NCBI GenBank assembly: GCA_045837725.1
Contig: JBEWZL010000239.1
Coordinates: 186,001 to 250,000 of the forward strand
Direction of reading: 5' to 3'
Length of the DNA stretch: 64,000 nucleotides
Origin: Vermamoeba vermiformis
Lineage: Eukaryota
Every line of letters begins with the position of its first letter. Position 1 is the stretch's first letter. Positions 41,133-51,977 of this stretch are shown here, one piece after another. The notes under the pieces are model-generated. The model was given only the letters and a program-made list of their open reading frames with translations. It did not search any database and was not told the DNA's origin. The translations under genes and the position numbers were made by a program.

Positions 41133-43392
41133 TTACATTTTGTCAAGATAAAGAGGAAGGGTAAAGGTTTTGCCTTTGACGAGATCCTCGATTCCCTCGC
41201 CGCGGTATGTTACGAGCGGTGATATTTCGCATAACTCTGTAGTGTCCTTGTCGCGGATGACCTTGCCACCAGCAGCCTCGATGAATCGAATGTGGAGGTT
41301 GGACAAGTGTTGGCGGCAAGTTCGAGGGTTGTCAGATGCCGCATTTTCATCATTCTTCAAAGGAGAGAACTCTTCACTTCGAAGGACCTATTGGTGGGTA
41401 AAAAGAATTATTAGCAAGAGACAAGGGAGAAACAGAAAGCTCGCCAGCAAAAAAAAAAAATCAATGTGCCAACCCCTGGAATTGAACCAGGATTTTTGGA
41501 GCCACAATCCAATGTTCTTCCGTTGAACTAGGTCGGCTTGGTTGATTTTTGATTGTCGACGAGACCCGATCACTTAGGATATCTCGAACATCTATCCTTC
41601 CGATCTGCGTCTTGTGCTTACCTCCAATGCTACCATGTTTTTCGAGAATTCAAACACGTCAAAGACAAACAGTTCCATCTTCCAACCGTTGTTGACTGAC
41701 GGGGTTTCTGTCTCACCGCGCTCGTTAACACACGGGATCTTCTTCTTTGCAATATGATAACTAGTGATGCTATTAGCCCATGATAGTGACTTAACACGAG
41801 GTGAATACTTACGGAAGTGTATGAAGGGCAGTGCGTGTGATGTACTTGATAAAGTCCAATGAGAAGTCGTTCAACACAATATGACTCCAGTTGTACAACA
41901 GCTCTTTCGTCTCTGGATCACGTGCCTGTCTTCGTTGAGGATCGATCTCGCTGTACTCAATGACAGAGTGCTTATCATCTTTTAAGCATAGCACACCGAC
42001 TGGTTCCTCAGGATAAGCCTATTGCAAGTTCGTAAGACAGATCTCGAAGATTTCAGAGGTATTTCATACCTTCGCGACGACTTTTGCAGCGCAATCAGCT
42101 TTCTTTTCTTTGCAGAACCCAACGAACAAAGGATCCGCTACGCGTACCAAGATGTTATCAACGCAGTACGAGCTGATCCACGTGACGCCTCTTCGTTCCA
42201 TATCGTCCAATGTGCCCGTCTGCACAAGAGCGGCGTACAATCCACCATTGCCGTTCGGTGCGGTGGCAATCTAATTTCATGAATGAGCATAAAGAGTTGC
42301 CACAAGGAAAGCAAGGTTACCTTGTGTTTGGTTTCAAGAATTATTTTGCCCTCGGGTGTAATGCACGGGAACTCTTCTTGTTTGAAGAAAATAACTTGAT
42401 CTTTCTCGAGACCGAAGAAATTGTTCTTTTCGAAAAATTCTTTCGTTGGTGCATCCGTCGCAAAACTTGTCATAATGTACCAAGGCAAACTGACGCACTC
42501 TATCGAGGTAATTAGTTCGTATTAATATTAAATAAGATGCATACTCTTTCCAGAGAATTCGGATGCTAAGAATTGTAAGCGGAGAATGCGCTCGGCCTGA
42601 ATTTGGTACAATGATTTTCCTGAAGGTGTTCCGACCAGTGCAACGTAGTTAAAGGTAATAAATCGAAATTTGCAATAAAATTATATATGAAAATAATAGT
42701 ATTAAGGATATCATACATTCCCTTCGGTAAATCAGATCCCAAGCGCGTGCCCTAGGCGGAACATTAGATCTTGCAACAATTTTCAGACTATTAAATTTGC
42801 AATACCTGTCCTCCGGCCATCAACAATAGTGCTACGTGTCCGTCGGCGATTTCTTGGTAACCAATTGATAGCCATCGCTTTCTATCCTCAGGTGTGACGT
42901 CCGACAATTTGGTAATATCCTTCATGGGTTTAATTTCGACTCCTTTTTCTTCGCGACCTTCGCCAGACTTTTGAACTATACTGGTATTAAATATGCACGT
43001 GAAATCAAGTAAACTTACGAATATTGAAGCTGAAGCCTATGAAAAAGATTCCAGTTAGATCTTGCAGTGCCACGTCGACCGAAAATTTTTTAATTTTATT
43101 ACCTTTAGTAATCTGCTCTTGGTAAATATCGTTCACGAGTTTGACGTCGATTCCCTTAATTTTAAAATTATAAATAACCGTTTTTTTATCAAAAGTTTCG
43201 GATGCTGGTACTTGCACCGAAGGAATTTTACAACATCACGATTTGTTTCTAATAATATTATTAGGGTACCTTCAATTGTTGGAGGAGCTTTGCTTTTTCT
43301 TCGGGATTGAGCTTATGGACGAACTTGAACACGTGTCCTTGGCCAGCTTCGACCCATTTTGCTCTAATTTCCTCAAATTCAATGTCACCCAT
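41133..43392 (-). CDS. UAP1: UDP-N-acetylglucosamine pyrophosphorylase
   Basis: AGQGHVF, LLMAGGQGTRLG...[50 protein letters not shown]. Confidence 0.95.
41467..41537 (-). tRNA. tRNA-His(GUG), inside the last UAP1 intron, same strand as host
   Basis: Cloverleaf: GCCGACC/GGTTGGC acceptor, GTTC/GAAC D stem, TTGGA-TTGTGGC-TCCAA anticodon arm, GGTTCAATTCC B box, poly-T terminator. Confidence 0.95.
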
Positions 43393-43467
43393 TGTGGTGG
43401 AGGTTCGCTCTCAAATTGATAACAGGATTTTTCCGCATCTGGCCAAAAACAAGTTCGCGTGGTTTAC

Positions 43468-43791
43468 GATATCCTAAGTGATCGGGTCCTGTCGACCCGA
43501 AAAGCCAAAATTAACCAAGCCGACCTAGTTCAACGGAAGAACATTGGATTGTGGCTCCAAAAATCCTGGTTCAATTCCAGGGGTTGGCACATTGATTTTT
43601 TTTTTTTTTTTTTTGCTGCGTTGTTTGTCACTTATCTCGTGCTCATTCTTTTTTACCCAACAATAGGTCCTTCGAAGTGAAGAGTTCTCTCCTGTGAAAA
43701 ATGATGAAAATGCTGCAGCTGATAACCCGCGAACTTGTCGTCAACACTTGTCCTATCTCCACACTCGATTCATCGAAGCTGGTAGGAAGGT
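43468..43791 (+). pseudogene. Inverted duplicate of part of the UAP1 last intron and start of last exon (partner ~41262-41583)
   Basis: Collinear identity from GATATCCTAAGTGATCGGG through the tRNA and acceptor into [28 protein letters not shown]. Confidence 0.9.
43519..43589 (+). tRNA. tRNA-His(GUG), second identical copy
   Basis: Same 71 nt as 41467-41537, followed by a long poly-T. Confidence 0.95.
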
Positions 43792-43842
43792 ACTTTGTCG
43801 CAGTTCACAAGCAATCATTACGTGTACAAAAAAAGGATAAAT

Positions 43843-45823
43843 TTATTCGCCGACTTCTTGTTGAATCTGCACAGCGTTCTCGGCTGCTACATAGAATATG
43901 CCTTGCTTCAAGTACGTCAAAAATTTGGTGTAGTACACGGTGCCTGCAATGTCCTTTGCGCTTGGTTGTTGCACGATGGCTTCAATAATGCTGTACTTCC
44001 ATTCTTTGCCGAGCTTTGTCGGCTCAGTTCTTCTATTCAACAAGTAGTCTGCCATGCCAGGGAAGGCGAGGATCTCCGTCAGTCCCCAGTTGTGTTTAAC
44101 AACGGCCTTAATCAACGCGAAAACTGCGTATCGTAGCTCGACCAAGTGATAATTCAAGTACTGGTACAAGAGTTGCGTGGTCGGAGGGTGCAATGAAACT
44201 CTGTTGTAAATGTCGCGAAGTGTTTGAGTCTCAGTCTTATTATCCGATTGTCTATGACAAAGAAGAGTAAGTAGAGTAAGCAAAGGGATTTGGTTACGGA
44301 TGTGCCATACCTTTCTTCGAACATGTGCGCGAGTGAGAAGTAGAAGCAGATTCTTGCGTCCGTATTAGATGAGCTGCTGAAGTCCGTAAACTCTTGTAGC
44401 CTAACATATTAAGCGTCAGCTATGTGCGCAAAACGAGTAACTAGATCCGGAGCTGTACGTACAAATCAGGTTGTTGTGCGAGCCATTGAACACCACTTTG
44501 AGAAATGCCAATGCACGAAATGGCTGTAATAACTGCCTCCTATTAAAAGAGGTCAGATATTGTGAGGTGTGACATATACGAGTAACTTACGATTGCTTCG
44601 AAGTTAGATCCGTTGAGGTGTTTGATGAATGGCTCCTTGAGCGGTAGTGTAACTAACTTTTCGAAAAAGAACGAGCCAAGTTTGGCAATATTGCCTATAA
44701 TCTTGATTGATCGCACTGAAACGAGTGAATCGTTGCTGTTAACCAGATCCAAAATCGTTTTCAAGATGCCTTGTTGCTCGAGCCAAGTTAGGCCTTCCTC
44801 GCTTTTGCCAACCTTTTGGACAATTGTTAATATATATAGACGCCGTATAGTACAAGTTGAGTACCTTTTCAACGAGTTCTAATGCGTTCAATTGCTCCAA
44901 AATATCTTCAGATCCGAGCTCTTTGACGATGTTATTGAACATGCCTTGCTCGTTGCAAATAGCAAATGCTTTAGGACTAGTGCTAGATAGTTGCGCAAAT
45001 AGGTCTAATATTCTAAATCGAAGGGTTTCATCATTCTGGTATTTGTTGAGCAATGCTGTAACTTGGGGAATGTATTCTGTTATGATCTCCAGTCCGATCG
45101 GAACACGGGCAATCTGAAATCATAAAATTTTAATATTAGGCGGTATATATAATACTTTTTTTTTACGTTTCAAATAAATTTGAATTAAAGTAATGAAATT
45201 GCCTCGCGAGAATCATAGAATTATAATAAATACCTGTATTATTGTGTCTGAGGCTCGTTCAGCGATAGAGGTGACCTCGTCAACTACTAGATCTATAATA
45301 TCATTCAATAAGCCGTTTTGTTGCTGAACAAAAAAATTAGTGAGTAATTATTGCGTGGATCTAATTCGGATCGGACTTACAATATATTGAATTCCCCATG
45401 GATTGGCGCTAATGCGTTTAATTTGGTCAATAGTCAGTGTTCTTAATGGTGCCGACGGGCTCTTAATTCCCATCTTTAAGTACGGCTTGATCTAATTTTC
45501 AATTTGGGTTAGAAAATTGGAAATAATTATGAACAAGGTGTAAAAGTAATTTCAATACATATGATACTACTACCAAAGCAGTTAAACAATTATTGAATTT
45601 GTTAGCAAATTATGACAAATTATTAACCCGCAAAACTTTTCACGATGGATCAGAAGCGATAATATTATAATTATTATATACATACTGCATCGGAGCGTAG
45701 CTTTTGAAGGCCTGAATCTCCGTCCAATACTTTCTTCACATTTCCAAGGACATCTTGAAACTCGTCTTCGTCATTAACTTGGCCGAGCTTCTCGAATAGT
45801 TGAACTAAATCTGATGCTTCCAT
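43843..45823 (-). CDS. PSMD5: 26S proteasome assembly chaperone PSMD5/S5b/Hsm3-like
   Basis: ETLRFRILDLF, SEDILEQLNALEL, YLLNRRTEPTKLGKEWKYSII, YLKQGIFYV match PSMD5 motifs. Confidence 0.85.
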
Positions 45824-45984
45824 CGTGTATTCTAATTGAAAAGTGAATTATAATGGTGACTTTTGTGCACCGAGAAATTTTGTTGCTAAAGAAAAAGCTT
45901 GGTGGATCGAGAAACAAGCAGCACAGCAGTTTGCAAATTCAAGTATATTATGTTGACACAATAGCACCAATACGGCGTGTAACT

Positions 45985-47402
45985 ATGGAGCCACCTCTTA
46001 AGAAGCGAAAGATAAGCCACGATGTCGAAGGCTGGCTTTCTGTTGACATTTTGCCTGCCGAATTAATTCAAATAATTATAAACAAAATAGAATATGATCT
46101 AAGAACAATAGTAAGGTAAGTGATTATATTTTTGAACGTTATTTATTAATTGGGAAGGTTTTGCCGCTTTTATCCGAAAAAAACCATTTATTTGCCGCTC
46201 CTAATTTAATTATACGTGCAGGCTTAGTCGAACGTGCACAAAGTGGTTGCAAAATATATGGCAATTCGTGTCTCATTTGGATGTGACGAACGGACAGCCT
46301 CAAACAGCGCCCAAGCTAAGTCAATACCAGATCCAGCCACTTCTTGAACGTATCGATTGCTCTCACATGAGATCGTTAATATTCACTAGTAAAGTGTCTA
46401 TAACTGCGTGGTTATTGAAGGACAAATGCGAGTTTAGCGGATCTAACAAGTTCTGGGTGTAAGTTCAAACATTCGTTAGATTTCTTTTATTAATTTTATT
46501 CTGCTAGCTGGGAATATATGGAGAGGATGACGAGATTAGAATCGTTGACTATGATAAGTATTAATTTGCCGGAGCAGTTTTTCGAAATGTGCTCAATTTT
46601 CACCAACCTTTCCTCATTGATACTCGACTGCTCCAATATGTCATATCACCCTCAATTTATGGACAACATAACGTGCTTGACAGCACTAAGACACTTGTCA
46701 TTTGGTGACGGAGTCAGATCAACACGAGCTTTGGAAAAGTTGTCTAATCTGGTCAGTCTGCACTTGCCAAGTTTGCCAGCCTTAAATTATGACCTCGTAA
46801 CACGCTTGACACAATTACGAAGCTTACATGTGGACAGATTTGCAGAGTCATTCATGAAACAAGTTATTACTATGACGAACTTAAGAACGTTTATTGGACC
46901 CGGACTCAACCTGTATGAACCAATCAAAGAAATGCCTAATTTGGAATATCTCAAAGTCAAATCAGTTAGAGTGACATTTATACCACATAATCTTACGTAC
47001 TTAAGCACGCCTTGGTCCTTTGTATTAACGCCGTGGCTAACGCAGATCCACGCTTACGAAGGAGATCTCGTTGACAAAAATCAGCTCAACTTGTTCAATA
47101 AGCACTCAAATATCACGCACTTGTCACTAAAAGTGTCACAGTTCACTTATCCAATGCTGACGATGCTAACAAGCATCAAAAGTCTCTCCATAACAGATCC
47201 AGATATTGCGGAGTACCCAACGGAACTGTTTCTCAAAACATTTCAGAATATGACTTCATTAAGAAGAATCGAGTTCCTGGTGACAAATGGCGAGTCATCA
47301 TTGGATATTGCTGCGAAATTTCCTTTGAAGGATGTTGTTTTATCAACGCAAACAACCCGACCATTCCACACCGGTGCGCCACGACTACGATGGTATGAAT
47401 AA
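45985..47402 (+). CDS. F-box/leucine-rich-repeat protein
   Basis: PPLKKRK NLS, DILPAELIQIII...LSRTCTKW F-box, repeated LxxLxxLxL. Confidence 0.85.
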
Positions 47403-47464
47403 AGCAAGTCATTGGTTAAATATATTACTATATTACATTTACTTTTATGATTACATTTGATTTT

Positions 47465-50400
47465 TCAATTAACTCTTCTGTTTCGTTCGTTTGCCGCGCT
47501 TTTTATCCTCGCTATTAAACAGATCTATCGCGGACGTTAAGGTCGCTTTAAAATTAGGGTCGGTCGATCGTTCACTAGCCTTAGTTAATATCTCTACTAT
47601 TCTTTGCTGCAAGAAGTAATCTCTCCTCTTGCCTTTTTTCTTCGATAAAATACATGCAATAGCTACGCAAGAAAAAAATTAATAAGAAGGCCGAACTAAA
47701 TAAGGATTATATTATTAGAACATACTAGTAGCTTCAATTTGGATGTTCGTTGCAGGTGATTCAATCAATTTCATTAAAAATTGGGGTGCATTTAGTTCGC
47801 AGATCAGATCTTGGTTTTTAGCTGTTAAGAGCTTCGTTAGTATTCGCTTGGCTTAAGTGCTATAATACAATACCATTGTCCTTGACGAGTTGAATCAGGG
47901 CCTCGCATGTGTGCAACAATACTTGAGGACTGGTTGACTGCAATAGCTTGACAAGTGCCCCGATCCCACCGTTTTCGCGCACCAATTTTTGAATTTTTTC
48001 TGCGGCATAAATTAGCATCACCATTACATAATCTACTAGGCAAATACATACTGTTATCTGAGCTTAATGATGCTATAGCCGACGCTGCCGATGCAATCAA
48101 CGAGTCGATGCGTTGTTCGAGCATTCTAATTATGGGCACAATGCCACCTGTTTTCTTCACGTGCAATTGATTCTTATCTAATATAAATAGCCATTATTAG
48201 TACTACTGCGAATGACGCTCCGTGAGATGTTACGTACAATCGTTCTTGGCGAGGTCAGCAATGCACGCAGCAGCGTTCTTTTTGACCTGCGAGTTCTCGC
48301 TGTAAAGGAACGGCACGAGCTTCTCAAACACACCTTTTTCACGTGCCAATGTTTGGAACCTCCCTAGCGCAACGTCAATAAGTAAGTAAAACGAGGAAAT
48401 ATGTGTTGGGACGTACTGTTATTTGAGCACAATCCTGCGAGTGCGCGTGCTGCTTTCGACTTGAGATCATCGTTATCAGCTAACAATAGATCGATAAATG
48501 TATCCATGCCGTGGTCTTTCATAATGGCTTTTTGACTCTCGACTGCGAGTTCAGCGATGTTAGCTCAAGTTTGACACTTTTGACAAGTGACACCTGTCAT
48601 AGTTTGACACTTACTGTTGTCATGTGCTACTCGACAGAGGATTTCAAGACTGAGGGACAATACTACTGGATCGACATTTCTAGGCTCGGCAGCGATGCTT
48701 AATAACATTGAGATAGCTGAAGACTCGCGGACTGCGTTTTGATTTTGAACTGTTTTGATGATCGCTAAGATTGTTCGCAACGATTCTATTCGCAGTTCAT
48801 TATCATCGCTCAAAATATTGTCCACGAGTGGCTTCAAACCATCTTTTGAAAATATTTCTGCTCGACTGGTCGCTACAAAAAATTAGCCAAAATTGTTTGA
48901 CGAGGACAGAGAGACTTACCAAATTTGGAAAGTTTCCTTAAAAGGACGGTGGCAGTGATCGCTAGCTCATTATGGGTCGACAAACAAACAGCGGACAAAA
49001 TTTTGACTCCACCACATTCCCGAATGATTTTTTCGACCAGCACTTCATCTATTAAAATATGACTACATTAGCCCAGTCTTATATAATATTAACGTTACTA
49101 TACCTAGCCCGAATAGGCGATCGACTTCACGAGCCCTTTGATATGCTACGTCAACATTGATGTGCGGCAAGTTGCCTAAAAGTGCGGGTATTGCCTCTTC
49201 GAGCGGAACTTCGAGTTCAGCCACTGATTCAGCCATGATACTGCCTATTATATAGTAATATGTACGTATTAAGCCGATGCTTTTTAATAGTTCCCGAGAC
49301 CTATTACATGTTTTCGATACTTACGTTGTTCAAAGCTGAACTGACTGCTAGCTTCATCGTCTGGAGGTCCGCGTGGTGAAATGCTTTGCTCGCCTGAATC
49401 TACGAAGAAATTTAGACCGGTTGTGCTTGCAACTTTTTCCTGGTCAATTTTTCTTACCAGAGTCGCTTGACAGCACTGAGGCGGATAGATCTTGTTCGTG
49501 CTTTTGATTGCCAACTACGGTAACATGTTAGAATATAGCATGCGTATTATTATGACCGAGCACGTACTCTGTTCAGGACTCAATTCAAACAAGGCTTCAA
49601 GGGCCTCTTGTTTGATGTCTTCGTCCGATGTCTGGTACAATTTCTGCAACACTTTGACACAGCCTTGTTTAATCAAAAGATCGTGATTGGCGCCTGTGAC
49701 AGAATTAGTAGTTTTACCAAATAAGGAAATAACTTCAATCTTACGATTCGCTGCCAAGTTATTAAGCGCCATAGCAATGCTGAGTGTAATTTCAACGTCA
49801 TTGACTTTAGTGCACATAATAATTTGATCGACGATGCCAATGTCAATCAACTCTTCGTGAAAATCAACTGTGCAGTACAATAGTTAATTCTCGAGCTAGA
49901 GTTTGCCAAATAAGGAAACTTACTGATAGCAGTGAGATTGGCTACAGCCATCATAACACCTTTCAATGTCATCAAATCAGCTGTTTGCATAATTTCCGCT
50001 AATCGCTGCCACGTCACTTCTTCGACGATGGTTTGCTTTAGCTCGGGTGAAGACTCTAATAATATTATCAATTAGATATCATTACCATAAGTAGGTCTCG
50101 TCGGTTATTGCGATTTCCTAATTTGGTAATTGATTTTGATGACGTACCAGCGTTAGTCAAATTGGCCAAAGTGTGGACACAACCGCGCAAGAGTTCTTTG
50201 TCGTTAATTCGAATCAACTCAAATATCAAATGCAATGCACCACACTTCTCTAGCGCATTAATATTATCTTCTTCAATCGCTATATTTGCAATCGCATTCA
50301 CTGTGGCTCGTCTATCAGATCCAGATCAATAAATGAACTACATCATCTTTCTATGATATTATTTGTACTATGGAATGTATATTGAACTTACTTGGTTTTA

Positions 50401-51484
50401 ATATCATTGATTTTTCCTAATTTGACTAAGGTATCAATAACACTATGACCAATCATGGCCCGATGATGCTCGTCTTTAAAATGTTAGTAATCGGAAATAA
50501 TCAATGTAAACTATAATTACCAAATAAGGCAAGATTTCCTAATAAGGTAGCCATAGCGCGTTTGATTTCCAAATCATCGCTCTCGGTCAATTGTAGCAGA
50601 TCCTGCCAACCAAACAACCTGACAATTTTCCTGTTGCTCTTAGGCACTGATGCTAATATCGCTAGTGTCCAAATAGCTTCACCGCGTACATATGGAATAT
50701 CAATATTAACGAGCTCTTTTAATGCTTTGTAACCCGCATCGCCCTTCAACGTAGCTCTGCCGTCGTCTAAAAATACCTCGTATTAATATTGAATCGGATT
50801 GGACGCAAGCATACTATATTAGTGTTGCTTAAGTGTCTTATTATAATCTTTACCTGTTAATTCGACTGCGGAGATGCAAACTTCAGCGAGAGCGTGGATC
50901 TGTCAAAATGAATTTTTTGTTAGCTTGTATCAATGAATATTTTAAGTAATAATAAACGGCCTTTATAATGGTAGAATAATAGATATATTGTTATAATAAT
51001 CCGAATAATTTACTAAAAAAGATGACAGGCTCTACGTACTTGGTCATCGTCGTAGGCATATAAATTAAATAACGAATCTAAGCCTCCCTCTACTGCCAAT
51101 TCAATCTTTTCGGCATCTATAAATGGTAATAAATATTAAAATTGCGTTAGTAAAATAGAGATCTCTATTTTTTGAACCGGATCTTTGAAATCGAAACTAG
51201 GACGTACCCATATCAGTTGGCAATCTAAATCGAGGCTGTTGAGGTGAACTAACGTCCTCACCACGCACCATTGGCGTGCCTCCGCTTTGAAAAGACAATC
51301 GTGTGCCTTTTTTTAAGCTCAAATGTTTAATGTTCGGAAGGGACACTGGTTCTCCTTCGTCAGAGCTAAAAATAATTAAAATTAATATGATGTAATAATA
51401 GGTACTCGAGAATACTTACATCGAGCTCGAAAAGCTAATATCTTCCGAGATTGAAGAACTCTCTTCGTTGTTGGACTGTTCCAT
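47465..51484 (-). CDS. Armadillo-repeat protein, many exons
   Basis: Multiple ARM motifs such as GGIVPIIRML, NAAACIADLA, ATLLGNLA, LANLT. Confidence 0.85.
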
Positions 51485-51513
51485 GAGCTCTGAATAAATA
51501 ATTGTTAATCCCC

Positions 51514-51855
51514 TAAATATTTCTATTATTTTTAAAATTAATGGCATGCTATCGGTGGAGCTGCATGTCTTTGCACGTGCATTTATTGGATCGTGCATTG
51601 CAATTTAATTTGTATATTTTTACTTGATTAATTTTCGGTCCACAATAAAATATACACAAAAATCAAGCGTATTTCATTGCGTCATAAATTTGTAAATTAA
51701 ATGTCACCAGCATCTGTGCAACAACTTACCAGTTTAAAACCAATTACTGTTGTGCATTAATTAATGTTCCTTTGTAAATCATTGCGTTAATAATGTGCCA
51801 TTGACCAATAAAAGCAGAATTGTTGGTTTTAATGCTTTTTGGAGCTAAAAATAAC
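51514..51855. repeat. Diverged direct repeat copy 1 (upstream region of the ARM gene)
   Basis: Shares TAAATATTTCTATTATT, CATGTCTTTGC, GCAATTTAATTTG, CATAAATTTGTAAATT, CAGCATCTG, CAACAACTTACC and CATTGACCAATAAAAGC in the same order with 55124-55653. Confidence 0.85.
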
Positions 51856-51977
51856 AAACCCGCTAGATCTCACTTGTTGAAGAGCACAACGGCTAAAAGA
51901 GGATTCACCGTCCAAGTAATATGCACAAATCTTGTTTATGGAATTGAAGCAATTTAGTAAGAGACAGATTGGCCATG

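Noticed and set aside
41388-43680. ORFs 41388-41573 and 43459-43680 with identical peptides
   Set aside because: Translations of the duplicated tRNA-His
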